Shown here one piece after another: positions 44,663 through 58,916 of a stretch of 64,000 nucleotides of DNA. The notes under the pieces are model-generated. The model was not told where the DNA came from. It saw nothing but the letters and a program-made list of their open reading frames with translations, and searched no databases. Position 1 is the first letter of the stretch; every line of letters starts with the position of its first letter. The stretch is from the human T2T-CHM13v2.0 reference genome, Homo sapiens, in assembly GCF_009914755.1 (NCBI RefSeq), contig NC_060932.1, one strand, 5' to 3'. The position numbers were made by a program, and so were the translations under genes.

Positions 44663-45541
44663 AATGAATCTTTGGTGTGGAATGAAAAATGTGAACTTCT
44701 TACTCATAGTGTGGTTTTTAAATATATGCAGTTGAGTGATGATTGGATACTATTCATCATATTGCCTATAATATATATTTACCGATAAGCAGTGAGTGTA
44801 AAATTGTTGTAGCTTGAATAAGAAACCACTTTTGTAGTTTTAACCAGACTTTCTCTTAAAAACATTAGATAAAATAAAAGATTCACCGGATGGATTCTGA
44901 TGAAAACGAAAACAAAGTAAAATGACTGGCTTAGCAGATTCTTTGAAATGTAGCAGCCCAGGGATGTACCAAATGTCGAATTCTAGACTGAGGAGTAGAG
45001 TTCATTGGAGTCTTAAACTCTCTGATATCACTTAAAGCTGGAGTTTATTTTAAAACAAATGAAGCATGGGCCACCTCATGATGCAGTGGCTCCTCTCTGG
45101 TTGAGGAGAGGGAAAATTGGAAAAACTGGTCGAGTAATTATCAATAATTTTTTTTAAAAAGAGGATCCCAAACTGTAAAAGATTGAAATAATCTTTCTCA
45201 GGATTTTTTAAATGTCTAAGATTATGATGTCATATCTCCCACTTACCTTATAAGTAAAAAGGTTAATATCAAGTAACTTATTAGCTCTTAAAGTAAAATT
45301 GAACTTATTAAAAGCTATCTATGATTTAATAGATTTAATAAAATTCCTTCACGACCTGGTACCCTTGTGAAACTGTAAAATATATCATATGGGGGGAGTT
45401 TTTTAACTCTTATTTTTTGAAAATTTACTGTAGCTTCTATTTCGTGAATAAGAATGTTTTGATTTTGATCATACAAATAACTTTTGTAGATTTTTGTTTA
45501 CTTTTGGGGGGGTTCCCTTAGAAGACATTAAAAAAAAATAC

Positions 45542-45866
45542 TGCCTTGGTCTGTGCAGGCTGCTGTAATGAAATACTATGAACTTGGCAGCTTATAAACA
45601 ACAGAAATTTATTTCTCGCTGTTCTCAATGGTGGGAAGTCCAAGATTAAGGGATCAACAAATTAGGCCTCTGGATCATACATGGCATTTTCTAGCTGTGT
45701 CCTTATACATAAAAGGAAAAAGGTAGCTCTCTCGAGTCTCTTTAATAAAGATACTAATTCTCATGACTGAATCACCCTCCAAAGGCCCCACCTCCTAATA
45801 CCATCACTCTGGGGACTAGGTGTCAGCATGTGAATTTTGGAAAACACAAAAATTCAGAACATAGCA
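45542..45866 (-). mobile_element. MaLR solo LTR (MLT1A/MSTD-like) within the 3'UTR
   Basis: GCTTATAAACAACAGAAATTTATTTCTC...GGAAGTCCAAGAT...AAAGGCCCCACCTCCTAATACCATCAC...ATTCAGAACATAGCA. Confidence 0.8.
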
Positions 45867-46300
45867 AATACCTTTGAAGTATAAAAGATAAAATTCATTT
45901 TTAGTGAACCCTGTAATTTATTCGTGTATATTTACTAAACAGCTGTATCTTTGAAATTGTTAGTAATGATTCTGCTTCAATAACTATGGTCAGGGAATTT
46001 ATAATATTATATTTTTATATACTGAACTGCCATAGATGCTGGAAAAAAGGAACTGATGTTTTCAGCATATTTTCAAAATATTGATAAGGGAAGTTATTAC
46101 TTTTATATAGTATTCAACTTTTTTCAGGTAATAGAAGTGAATAATTTATTGTGAAATAATTCATTTTATAAATGTATAATTATTTTTATAAATTTTATTG
46201 TTGGAAATCAAAAATTAGTAGATTTTTTACCATGTTAAATTATAGTGAGATTAAAGTATTACTAAACTGTGATGCTATGTTTGTTTCACTAAACTTTCTA

Positions 46301-46306
46301 AATAAA
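46301..46306 (+). terminator. Candidate distal polyadenylation signal AATAAA
   Basis: Canonical hexamer with U-rich upstream sequence and a GT/T-rich tract ~60 nt downstream (TTTCGTGTTTTT). Confidence 0.6.
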
Positions 46307-46406
46307 AACTGAGAAAAAAAAAATCACTGAAACCAGGTGCTTCATTAGTGTTCAAAAATGATTTCGTGTTTTTACAGATGCTGATAATATATTTTATATA
46401 GTCATT

Positions 46407-49112
46407 TGTATTAGTCCATTTTCACACTACAATAAAGAACGATCTGAGACTGGGTAATTTGTAAAGAAAGGAGGTTTAATTGACTCACAGTTTTGCATGG
46501 CTAGAGAGGCTTCAGGAAACTTATAATCATGGTGAAAGGAGAAGCAAGCACCTTCTTCACAGGCAGCAGGAGAGAGAGAAAGCGAGAGGGGAACTGCCAA
46601 ATGCTTTTAAACCATCAGCTCTTGTGAGAACTCACTATCACAAGAACAGCATGGGGAAAATTGCCCCCATGATCCAACCACTTCCCACCAGGTCCCTCCC
46701 TAGATGTATGGAGATTACAATTTGATTTGAGATTTGGGTGGGGACAGAGAGCCAAACCATATCATTCTGTACTTGGCCCCTCCCAAATCTCATGTCCTTC
46801 TTACATTTCAAAACCAATTATGCCTTCACAACAATTCCCCAAAATCTTAACTTAGTTACTTCCAAGATACAATGGGGATATAGGCATTGGGTAAACGTTC
46901 TCATTCCAAATGGGAGAAATTGGCCATAACAAAGGGGCCCCATGCAAGTCCAAAACCAGGCAGGGTACTCATTAAATCTTGAAGCTCCAAAATAATCTCC
47001 TTTAACTCCATGTCTCATGACCAGGGCACACTGATGCAAGATGTGGGCCCCCAAGGCCTTGGGCAGCTCTGCCCCTGTGGCTCTGTAGGGTACAGCCCCT
47101 ACACAGCTGCTTTCAAGGACTGGCTCCGAGTGTTTGTGGCTTTCCCAGGTGCACGGTACAAACTGTCAGTGGATCTGTTATTCTGGGGTCTGGAGAACAG
47201 TGGTCCTCTTCTCACAGCCCCACTAGGCAGGGCCCCAGTGGGAACTCTGTGTGGGGGCTCCAACCCCACATTCCTTCTCTGCATTGCCCTAGTAGAAGTT
47301 CTCCATGCGGGCTCTGCTCCGGCAGCAGATTTCTGCTTGGACATTCAGGTGTTTCCGGACATCCTCTGAAATCTAGGCAGAGGCTCCCAAAGCTCAGCTA
47401 TTGTCTTCTGTGCACCCACAGGCCCAACACCACATGGAAACCACTAAGGCTTGAGGCTTGCACCCCCTGAAGCAATGGCTTGAGCTGTGAGCTGTACCTT
47501 TTAGCCATGGCTGGAGCTGGAGTGGATGGGACACAGGGCACCATGTCCTGAGCCTGAACAGAGCAGCAGCACCCTAGGCCTGGCCCACAAAACCATTTAT
47601 TTTTCCCCCTAGGCCTCCAGGCCTGGGATGGGAGGTGCTGCTGTGAAGATCTCTGAAATGCCCTGGAGACATTTTCCTCATAGTCTTGGCTAGTAACATT
47701 CAACTTCTCTTTATTTATGCTAATTTCTGCAGTCAATCACTTGAATTTCTCTCAAGAAAATTTTTTTTTTTCTACCACATGGCCAGGCTGCAAATTTTCC
47801 AAGCTTTTATGCTCTGCTTCACTTTTAAACAAAAGTTTCAGTTTCAGATAATCTCTTTGTGAATGCATATCACTGTATGCATTCGGAAAAGAAAAAAAAG
47901 GCACATCTTGAACATTTTGCTGCATAGAAATTTCTTCTGTCAGATACCCTCAATCATCTCTCTCAAGTTCAAAGTTCCACAGATCTCTAAGGCAGGGACA
48001 AAATGCTGCCAGTCTCTTTGCTAAAGCATAGCAAGAACTTTGCTCCAGTTCCCAACAAGTTCCTCATCTCCTTCTGAGACCACCTCAGCCTGGACTTCAT
48101 TGTCCATATCACCATCAGCATTTTGGTCAAAACCATTCAATAAGTCTTTCGGAAGTGCCAAACTTTCCCACATCTTCCTGTCTTCTTCTGATCCCTCCTA
48201 ACTGTTCCAACCTCTGCCTGTTACCCAGTTCTAAAGTCCATTCCACATTTTCAGGTTATCTTTATAGCAGTGCCCCACTCCCAGTACCAAATTTTCTGTA
48301 TTAGCCCATTTTCACATTGCTATAGAGAACTACCTGAAACTGGGTAATTTATCAAGAAATGAGTTGTAACTGACTCACAGTTTTGCATGACTCGGAGGGC
48401 TCAGGAAACTTACAATTATGGCAGAAGGTGAAGGAGAAGCAAGCACTTTCTTCACAGGGCAGCAAGAGAGAGAGAGAGCACAAGGCAGGGGAATTTCCAA
48501 ACACTTTTAAGCCATCAGATCTTGTGAGAACTGTGAAAGGAAAATATCTTGGGCCCCCAAAATCTCTAAGGAAAACTCAAGCTGGAAACTGCTTATGGCA
48601 AACCTGCCTCCCATTTTATTCAAATTTATCCCTCTGCTCACCAAAATGGATGCATATCTGATTGCCTTTTTGGAAAGGCTAATCAAAAACTCAAAAGAAT
48701 GCAACTGCTTGTGTCTCACCTATCTGTGACCTGAAAGCTCCCTTTCCCCTTCTAGTCTTCCTGCCCTTGCTTCAAGATGTCCCGCCTTTCAAAACTGAAC
48801 CAATGTACTTCTTACATGTTGATTGATGTCTCATGTCTCCCTAAAATGTATAAAACCAAGCTGTTCCCCGACCTCCCTGGGCACATATCATCACACGGAC
48901 GTGTCCTCAACCTTGGCAAAATAAACTTCCTAAATTAACTGAGACCTGTCTCAGATTTTCTGGGTTCACATAACTCAATCACTATCACAAGAATATCATG
49001 GAGGAAGCCGTCCCCATGATCCAATCACCTCCCACCAGGTCCCCCCCTCGACATGTGGGGATTACAATTAAGAGATGAGATTTGGTTGGGGATACAGAGC
49101 CAAATCATATCA
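46407..49112 (-). mobile_element. MST (MaLR) provirus: LTR 46407-46764, internal 46765-48296, LTR 48297-49112
   Basis: Two homologous LTRs (TGTATTAG...ATATCA), THE1/MST-int sequence between them, and a perfect 5-bp TSD TCATT (46402-46406, 49113-49117). Confidence 0.92.
48532..48970 (+). mobile_element. MER4A-like ERV1 solo LTR nested in the MST LTR
   Basis: TGTGAAAGGAAAATATCTTGGGCCCCCAAAAT...GGCAAAATAAACTTCCTAAATT...GGGTTCACA; flanks GAAC/TAAC (4-bp TSD, 1 mismatch). Confidence 0.8.
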
Positions 49113-50032
49113 TCATTTAATTAAATTTATACGTTAACGCTTGTCTTTAGAGTCCAAAGCAAAATTAATTAGCACATCTCCAAATAAACCACTGGACACT
49201 GATTGAAAAGGGAATCCTTACATTTGTACTTTAGTTATGTAGTTTTTCTTGCTACCTAGTGTTGTCATAGTAATAAAAATATATGCCCTAAGTTGGCTTA
49301 AACATTATATGAATATACTTTTGATATATAAATATTTAACCTAGATCCTTCAATTTTCTGGTACCCTCTGTTGATGTTTAAAGCTTCTTTGTAAAATGTC
49401 TTAAATTATAAGGACCTGTTAATCTTATACTTATGAAATTCTAAGTTTAATTTTGTTTTTACTCATATTAAGGTAATACGTGTACATCATTTAAAAAGAC
49501 AAATTACACTTAAGGCCTACAATGAAACCTGGAGCTCTCCTTCTTACCATTCATCTCTTATCCAAGTTCACTTCTGCAGCAACAACATTCAAATACTATA
49601 TCGGTTTTTTTCTCTATAATCTGAAAACATATTTAAATCTCATTTATTTATTTATTTTCATTTTAGACATTACTTGCTGTCTTTCTACTATGAAAGCAGA
49701 TGTTTTTAGCACATTTACTTTCATACAGATAACCCCCATGTTTTCCCAATTTCTTAATGAATCTGTATTTTTATTACATTAGTAGGCACTATTTAAATAA
49801 TTTCAAACAATTTTTTAAAATATTTAACAGATAATTTTTATATCTCAGTGGAGAGTAGAAGAGATATAACCTAATTTTACAGAGAAAAATGAGAAGGAAG
49901 GCTTTGCTCTGGGTCATATTTGGAATATGACACAGAATTTTAGAAAAGAATGTATTAATAATATGGTTTATTATAACACTATATGTGAGTGCAATTTGAC
50001 ATCCTTTTCAATGTGGCTGTTTGAGCAGATAG

Positions 50033-50236
50033 GTTTTTTTGTTTTTTGAGACAGTCTTGCTCTGTTGCCCAGACTGGAGTGCAGTGGTGCAATCAGGGCT
50101 CTTTGTAGCCTCGATCTTCCAGGCTCAAGGGATCCTCTCCCCTCAGCCTCCTGAGTAGCTGGCACTGCAGGCGTAAGCCATCCCACCTGGCTATTTTTGA
50201 ATTTTTTGTAGAGACAGGATCTCCCTACTTTGGCCA
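50033..50236 (-). mobile_element. AluJ, partial
   Basis: Antisense right arm plus truncated left arm. Confidence 0.88.
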
Positions 50237-50379
50237 TGCTTCAGCTGATACTTGAGCTTATGCTTGAGGTGATGCACTGATTTTCCTTGAGGCAGACAAG
50301 CTGATAGGGGCAGGGGAGGGACAGGGCCACAGCAATTTCCCTGCTTTATTGGACTGTGAAACAGGATTACCCAACAGCC

Positions 50380-51316
50380 AGCTCTCAACAGGAGCCTTGT
50401 CACTGGTAATTATTGGACAATGGATAGCTCCTGGAACAAAGTAGTAGTGAAATTATTTAAATTTTCACCTATAATGAACTGTAATGGTATATTGGTGAAA
50501 GAAAATGTACTAGTGGGTGCAATATATCAGGAGTTAAGAAAAATGAGGGAAATGATAAATGCAAGAACAATGAAATTTGACAGCTCTGTCTGGGGGCAAC
50601 TGTGTTTAGAAAAAGATAATAAAATGCTCTTCTCAATCAGAATAAGAATATCACATTTTGAGTGTGTGTTGGGGGAGCAAATATTATGATCTCGTAAAGA
50701 ACTGTAAAATGCAAGAATAGTAGTATTCATTAAATCTCTGCTTAATTCATCAAAATGTCTTAAAAGGGCAGATAGATGTTGAAGACTGATACTAGACTCC
50801 CACTAAATAGTAGCCCTAATCGTAGTAATTAACATGGCTGCAATTGTGAGGTATGTGCCTATTAATCTGTATGAATGCATGCTCTTTTGCATTCTTACCA
50901 GAAAGAAGGATCAGAAACAGTCTATATTTACAACCTCAATCCAAGGGTATGCTGACTCCCCTATCGTCTGCCATCATCTAGTCTAAAGACACTAGATAAA
51001 ATGTTTTACAGAATGTTGTATTGGTTCCTATTCAGCCAGCAGTGTTGGCTTCATAGAGAGATGTAATGGTGAATCTGAGGAGCCAGACCTGGACCTCTTG
51101 CCTCAATTCCGAAAAACTCTGAAAGCCATCTCAATTTCTGCTCTCACTGTGGGATTGGCGGACCCTCTTGTTGAGTCACCATCACAACTTAGCTTCTTCT
51201 ACCAAAGTTTGCCTCCATCTCCCTTCTGGGTGTGCGTTTTTAGAGCATTTCCTAGTAAATATCCTACATACAAATCTCAGAGTCCTATTCCTAGGGAAGC
51301 CAACCTAAAATGACAC
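50380..51316 (+). mobile_element. ERVL (ERV3-16A3/LTR16-like) internal remnant and LTR
   Basis: ORF 50420..50689 (MDSSWNKVVVKLFKFSP) resembles a decayed ERVL gag N-terminus. 3' end CCTAGTAAATATCCTACATACAAATCTCAGAGTC...CCAACCTAAAATGACA is LTR16-like. Confidence 0.5.
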
Positions 51317-54300
51317 ACAAAATGTATTTATATATTAGCAAAGAGAGTTATAAAATGAAATTAATCACAATATAGATTACAATATCTTCAAAAATCAAAT
51401 TTGTAAAACCCAAATTTGTAAAAATCAGATTTGTAGACTACAATACCACCAGAATTCAAATTTATAAAATAATCTAATGAAAAATACACTGAAACAAGAA
51501 AAACTATGAAACATGAATGATTCTAATTTATTTCCAGGTAAAATAGAACATCAAAGATAAATGGATTGGGAGAAAAGGGAGATGTTAAAAAGTATGGAGG
51601 AGATTGAACTAGAGATGTTTAGAAATAACAAATAAAATGGAAAGGCTGGCAAGATCTAAGTTTGGGTCAGAAAAAGATACTGTAGTTAAGAATTTCATAA
51701 TGGATGAGTTCCAGATGACAAATTTCTAGCTTCACCCTTTCACAGGCTATTTCTTCTGACTGGTGTTTTCTTCTTTTCTTTGATCTCTTAGCTTACTCCT
51801 ACCAGTTCTTAAAGATTTAGATTAAAAATTTAGTTAGCATACTACCCTCACCCTTGAGTGAACATTTTTACAACCTTCATGGGTAAAATTAAGGAATTCC
51901 TTCATGTGTCTCACTACTTGTTGTATATCCTTCTATTTATAGCATTTATTTTAATATTTTAATTGCTATTTATTACCCTTTACAATGAACCCCAGCAGAG
52001 CAAAGACCATGTTGGCTACATTTTTGGATTTCCAAGATTCAACAGAATTCCCAGCAATTATTAGGTGATTAGTAGCGATTTGTAAATTAGACAAGAGATT
52101 AGTCACATTATTCATTATTTTTGGTTAGTAAAGATTGAGAAAGAAATGTGCTGAAGAAAAAATAATATATATACTTCTTCAATGGGTTATTTTAAAGTAA
52201 TTATTAGTTATCTAAAATTATAATTAAATTATCACAAATTATAATTTAGATAATGATGATTTAATATGATAATCTATTTGTCGTATTAATTTTTGAAAAT
52301 AAAAATGGTAAAAAAGGATTCAACTTTTTAGTAAGTGAAACATTATCATTTAATGCCTGTCTATATTTTTAACTTATAGTTTTTTCTCATGGATATTTTT
52401 AATTCTGATTTTGGCTTATATTCTTTATTTTAAAATATACGCTGTGTAAAAATATTTCCCAAAACACAATGTATTATATTTTTATATGGCCAAAATGGCA
52501 TCAAAACACAAAGGTTTTTACCCTTATAATAGGTTAGGCTTTTTGTTAATAGATTAAACAATTCATTTAATCTGAATTGTTAGTCACACATTATTCTCCT
52601 AGTCATATTAGATATTAGGTCACAGGCAGTTTAGTAGGTACATTTACAATATAACCTGTTTATTTTATTTTTTTTAGCTATAAAATACCATGAATTTAGT
52701 ACAATGATAATTTAGAGAAAAAATGTAAAGCCCAATCACCCTAAGATAATGACTGTAAAAGACAGGATTTAAATAAGTTTAAATAATTGATTATTTTATT
52801 TATAAATCATCACTGCCCTTGCACTATGTAATAATTGAGTCTAAATATAAATGTAAAGATTTAATGAGTAGTTAGCTGGCAGATAAGATCAGATGTGCAA
52901 ATCAAAACCCATAGTGACATTTGTTTAGCAAAACACTGACCTTAGTCTAGAGTTAGAGTTTTGTCTAAAGAAGGAAATTCTGAAATGATTTCTAATGGCA
53001 TCATGAGACACACAATTTGATGATATTTCAGCAGCATAATTAAAGTAATGTACTACTGAATAGCCATAGAATTACCTCTACATTTCTCTACCAATATATA
53101 GAAAATAATCTTTCATAAAAAATATCCTGGTAATTCTAGAATAAAAATGGAATTTGGAATTTTAATATAAGCATATTTAAAAGTTGACAAATATTTATTT
53201 TGTCCAGACTAGGGTCAAGAAATGCACTAAGTAGGATGTGGCCAGAAACAAAGATGAATGATGTGTATGTATCTTTGTTCTCAAGGAGTTTGAAGTTTAG
53301 TGAGGAAGATTGATAACTTATTAATACTTATAACAGAGAATGCGATAAGTATTAGGATACAATGCATCATGGAGACTGAGAGTTTAGGATCAGCCTAGAT
53401 ACAAATGTGGGCTCTACTGTGTAATCTCTTTAAAATTACTTGCAAATTCTTCTTGAGTATTAGTTTCCAAACAAAACAAAACAAACAAAAGAATATTTAT
53501 AATACTAACATGAGTTACATTATTATTTAAGTGAATCAAGATGGTTTATAAAATGTGCTTATCATGAAATCTGGGAATTAGCAAGCACTAAAAATAAATG
53601 TTAGCAACCATCATCAAAGATACAAAGAATGGAGCCTGAGAACACAAATAAAATGTCAATTATTTCTGCGTATGAGTACTAGGGATACTTAACAGATGAC
53701 ATACTTTTGAATTGAGCTTGTAAGCAGGATTTGAATACAGAACAATATGGGATGGGGTTGTGAAGTACATTTTTGGCTGACGGACCAAAGACATGAAGAA
53801 CATAAAAGCTGAGGAAAACTATGGTCATTGTAGTCAAATCATGGAATGAATGTAACTGAAATGAAACCATTAGCCAAGAGGCAAGTGGCAAAACCCAGAG
53901 AATGGAGGTGAAATAGCTAAGGATGCATATCACGAATGGAAAAAAAAAAAATTCCCGTTTAAGGAAAAACCCAGGAAGATGCTGAAATTACTTTAAATCT
54001 GGAAAATCTTTTGAAAGAATAGGCAAATAAATTGTAAAAATAATCTCCTACTATTTATTTTAATATTTCATTGGCAGGACTATCTTCAACAAAACATGAT
54101 TAAATTATGGTTTGGAAATCATGATTTGATGGAGATACTAGATATCTGTCTTAAGTGTATTTTAACTGTTACATATCCCTTTCATTCATTTCTTAGAACA
54201 TTTTTTGGAAAAATTTATCTTTAAAATATGATTTAGAAAAATAATGTGGCTCTTTTTTAGGCTATTTATGATAAATCATCAATAATTCTGTTATGTGAAT

Positions 54301-55104
54301 TTTAAGAGCTAATTTTAAGAGCTTAGATAAATCAATTTTTAACCTAAATTTGCAAACTATAGTCTTTATTTGAAAAGTCATGGACATAATAAAATATTTA
54401 TCATAACTCTAAGATATACAAAGAATCCTTAAATATGTTGCATATTACTTTTTGTATGGGACTCTGATATAACAATGCTGTTTTTTAAATTCTGGTAAAG
54501 CATTGCAATAGTTACCAAAGGACCTACTCACTAACAGCTTATAACATGACTAAAAATATTATAATTATTTAACTATGAAATGAAAAATATCTGTACATGG
54601 TACAGCAAAAGGCTTTTTGAACTTGTAAATAATCATTTTAAAAGGAAACGAAATATCTATTTTCACACATTTATTGATTATATAAGAAATGCCTGGCTGG
54701 AAAAGGAATGACAGAGATGCAAGAAATGTGGTTAATCCTTGTCCAGGAACTGGTGGTGTATCTGAAACATGTAGCTAGAATGATCTCAAGGACATAACCT
54801 AGGGTTGAAGTTTTATGTGGCAATACTCAAGATTTAGACAGTCTGAGTGACATAATCTGTGCTCTTGCTGGTCTAAGTGCCATAAATAATTACACAGGTG
54901 CAATTGCAAGAGTGCTATAAATTAGAACTACTCTAACTCCTGTAGGTTGAGAACTTTCTGTAGTTACAGAAGGCTCAAAGTACTCATCTCACATGGATTT
55001 GAGATCTGGCCAACTAATCATAACAATTTACTCTGGGGCCAAGATTGTCTCCTGACTCCAAGGTAGATTCAGATAAGATCAGATACAGAGAATGGGCTTC
55101 CCTA

Positions 55105-55852
55105 GTTTTTATTTTCTTTTCTCTTTTTTTAATTTAAGTTTTGGGATAAATGTGCAGGGCGTGCAGGTTTGTTACATAGATATAAACATGTCATGGTGGT
55201 TTGCTGTCCCTATTGACTCCTCCTGTAAGTTCCCTCCCCTCATGCCTCACCCTCTAACATGCCCTGGTGTGTGCTGTTCCCCACCCTGGGTCCATGTGTT
55301 CTCGTTGTTCAACTACTACTTATGAGTGAGAGCGTGTGGTATTTGGTTTTCTGTTCCTGTGTTAGTTTGTTGAGGATGATGGCTTCCAGCTTCATCCATG
55401 TCCCTGCAAAGGACATGATCTCATTTCTTTTCATGGCTGCATAGTATTCCATGGTGTATATGTACCACATTTTCTTTATGCAGTCTACCATTGATGGGCA
55501 TTTAGGTTAATTCCATGTGTCTGCTATGATGAATAGTGCTGCAATGAACATACACTCACATGTATCTTTATAGTAGAATGATTTATATTCCTTTAGGTAT
55601 ATACCCAGTAATGGGATTCCTGGGTCAAATGGTACTTCTGGTTCTAAATCTTCGAGAATTTGCCACACTGTCTTCCACAATGGTTGAACTAATTTACATT
55701 CCCACCAACAGTGTAAAAGCATTCCTATTTCTCTGCAACCTCACCAGCGTCTGTTGTTTCCTGACTTTTTAAAAATCACCATTCTGACTGGCATAAGATT
55801 GTTTCTCATTGTGGTTTTGATTGCATTTCTCTGGTGATCAATGATGTTGAGA
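55105..55852 (-). mobile_element. L1PA (older, PA8-PA10-like) 3' fragment
   Basis: Antisense L1 3'UTR and ORF2 C-terminus (ORFs LLHCWWECKLVQPLWKTVW and IKKMWYIYTMEYYAA). Confidence 0.9.
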
Positions 55853-55989
55853 AAACCCTCCAAAGTATGGTGTATTGTGATGGGAGTATCAGGAGTTCAA
55901 TTACTTATTTATAGTTGTAGAATATTAATGAAAGAAAAATAAAATGTGATTATAATTTGGGAAATGCAGCTCAAAATGATCCTATTTGA

Positions 55990-56238
55990 AATGGCAGAAG
56001 GTGAAAGGCAGGTCTTACATGGCGGCAGGCAAGAGAGGAAATGAGAACCAAGCAAAAGGGGTTTCCCCCTATAAAGCCATCAAATCTTGTGAGACATATT
56101 CCCTATGATGAGAACAGTATGGGGGAAACTGTCCCCATGATTCAATTATCTCCCACCAGTCCCTCCCACGACATGTGGGAATTATGAGAACTACAATTCA
56201 AGATGAGATTTGGATGGGGACACAGCCAAACCATATCA
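55990..56238 (-). mobile_element. THE1-type LTR, partial
   Basis: ATGGCAGAAGGTGAAAGG...CCCCATGATTCAATTATCTCCCACC...GACACAGCCAAACCATATCA. Confidence 0.85.
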
Positions 56239-56239
56239 C

Positions 56240-57390
56240 AGGCTAACTAGAAGACTGAGACCTAATCTTAAAACTATAGAAAGCTTCTTCTACCCCCACA
56301 CCTTATCACTACCTGCAGTTTCTTTTACCCAATAAAGTATGTCTCCCTTTCAATGAAAAATTACAAGACATAGTAGAAAAACACACACACACACACACAC
56401 ACATACACAGACAATTTGAGAAGACAGAGCAAGCAAGCATCAGAACCAGAACCAGATGTTTCAGAGATGTTGGAAGTAACAGAGTGTGAATTTAAAACAA
56501 CTATGATTATATGGTAAAGGCTCTAGTGAAAAAATTAGACAATACACAGGAACAGATGGATAATGTGGGAATACAGCTGGAAATTCTAAGAAGGAACCAA
56601 AAATAAATTCTGAAGGTAAAAAACAATAAAGAAAGCTTTTTATGAGTTCCTTAGTAGACAGAACATGGCTGAGAAAAATCTTTGAGCTTGAAAGTATGTC
56701 AATAACAGCCTCCCAAATTGAAAAACAAAGAAAAAAAAGACAGAAAAACAAAACAGATATCATAACAGAATATTGAAGACCTGTGGGAAAACTACAAATA
56801 GTGTGATGTGCATGTAATAGAAATACCAGAAAGAAGAAAGACAGAAAAGAACAGAAGAAATATTTGAAGTAATAATAACAGAATTCTCTCCAATTAATAT
56901 CAGACATCAAACCGTAGACTTAGCAAGCTCAGAGAAAACCAACCAGGTTAAACACTGAAAGAACTGCAAGTAGCTATATCATATTTAAACTACACAAAAT
57001 CAAATGTAAAGAAAATGATCTTGATAGAAGCCAGAGGAAAAAGAAAACACTACTTATACAGAAACAAGCGTAAGAATTACAACAGACTTCTCAGAAACCA
57101 TAAAAGCAAGAAGAGCATAGAGTGACATATTTTAAATGTTGACAGAAAAAAAAAAACACACACCAAGCTATAACTCTGTATCATGCAAAATTACCCTTCA
57201 AATGTGAGGTCCCTCAGACAAACAAATTTTGAGAGAATTTGTTGCCAGTAGACTTGCCTTGAAAGAGATGTTAAAAGCTTTTTTGAGAGAGAAAATGATG
57301 AAGTTCAGAAAGTGGGCTTTTTATAAAGAAAAATAGAATGTTAGAGAAGGAATAAGTGAAGGTAACATTTAAAAAGTTTTGTTCTTCTAA
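56240..57390 (+). mobile_element. L1M (L1MC-like) ORF1 region, decayed
   Basis: A-rich ORF1-like motifs (AGAATTACAACAGACTTCTCAGAAACCAT, GAATTTGTTGCCAGTAGACTTGCCTTG); (CA)n at 56382-56410. Confidence 0.75.
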
Positions 57391-57567
57391 ATTGTGAAAC
57401 TGGATCATAGCCAAATTTAATTTAACCTTTAACATTTTGTTCAGAAAATAAAAAAGGAAATACCAATTTTAGTAGGGGAGATTTCTCCTGCTTTTCACAA
57501 GGTATTGCTCTTGGAGATAGCATGAGAGAATAGTTACTGATTTGCTCTTCTCTGTTTCAATAACATC

Positions 57568-57867
<300 letters not shown>

Positions 57868-58581
57868 AGCTGAACACCATGATGTCTTTGAGAGTGTGAG
57901 TATCTGACAATTCTTGATGTGATTCCAAAGTTTAAAGGGTAATCTTTTACAATTCACTTCTCACATTAACTCTAATTTTAGAGCTCAATCTTCAAGCAAG
58001 ATGCAACTGGACTATATAATTTATAAAATATCAATATTAAGTTTTTCTTTTTTCATAATATCTATTCAATTTTATATAACTTCCAAAAATAGGCTCCTTT
58101 TTTTTAAAAAAAAGATATTTAAGTCAAACTCCCTGTGGGCAGAAATGGTTTCTTGTTCACTCTTGCGTAATTATTACTTAGCATAGTGCTTGACACATAG
58201 TAGGTGTTCAATAAATATTTGCTGAACAAGTAATACGGCTGCCAGCAGTTGCATTAACTTTGCTTTTTCTTAGGAGATACCTTAAAGTTTACAATATACA
58301 TTTGCAATTAGTCCACATCCACTTTCAAATAGCATTATAGCATTTCACAACTAGTACCTTATAGTAACAAAATATTCTTAATTTCTTCCTCCTGTTTCTT
58401 GTTTCATTGCTTTATTCATTCCACTTATCAATAAACTATGTTGCTGGAATACATTGTTGTTATTATTTTGAACAAATTATTATCTATTAGGTCAACTATG
58501 AATAAGAAAAAAAGGTGAAGTAAAAAATGCAAATGAAAATGCATAGAAAAAATGCATAAAAGGAAGTAACAGACATGGTAG

Positions 58582-58883
58582 TTTTTATTTTTTTTTTTGT
58601 GGGGGACGGAGTCTCACTCTGTTGCCCAGGCTGGAGTGCAGTGGCGCCATCTCGGCTCACTACCAGCTCCGCCTCCCGGATTAACGCCATTCTCCTGCCT
58701 CAGCCTCCCGAGTAGCTGGGACTACAGGAGCCCGCCACAGCGCCCGGTTAATTTTTTGTATTTTTAGTAGAGACAGGGTTTCACCGTGTTAGCCAGGATG
58801 GTCTCGATCTCCTGACCTCGTGATTCGCCTGCCTTGGCCTCCCAAAGTGCTGGGATTACAGGCATGAGCCGCCGTGCCCGGCC
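58582..58883 (-). mobile_element. AluY-like
   Basis: CpG-rich antisense Alu; TSD CAGACATGGTAG at 58570-58581 and 58884-58895. Confidence 0.95.
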
Positions 58884-58916
58884 CAGACATGGTAGACATT
58901 AATCCGACTATACCAA

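Larger units (their letters stand above)
43586..46325 (+). other. HNF4G: HNF4G 3'UTR (~2.7 kb; end approximate)
   Basis: AU-rich sequence after the stop, with several AATAAA hexamers. The last one before the MST provirus is at 46301-46306. Confidence 0.7.

Noticed and set aside
46480-48719. Cluster of overlapping ORFs up to 119 aa
   Set aside because: Fragments of MST LTR and internal sequence; no intact ORF.
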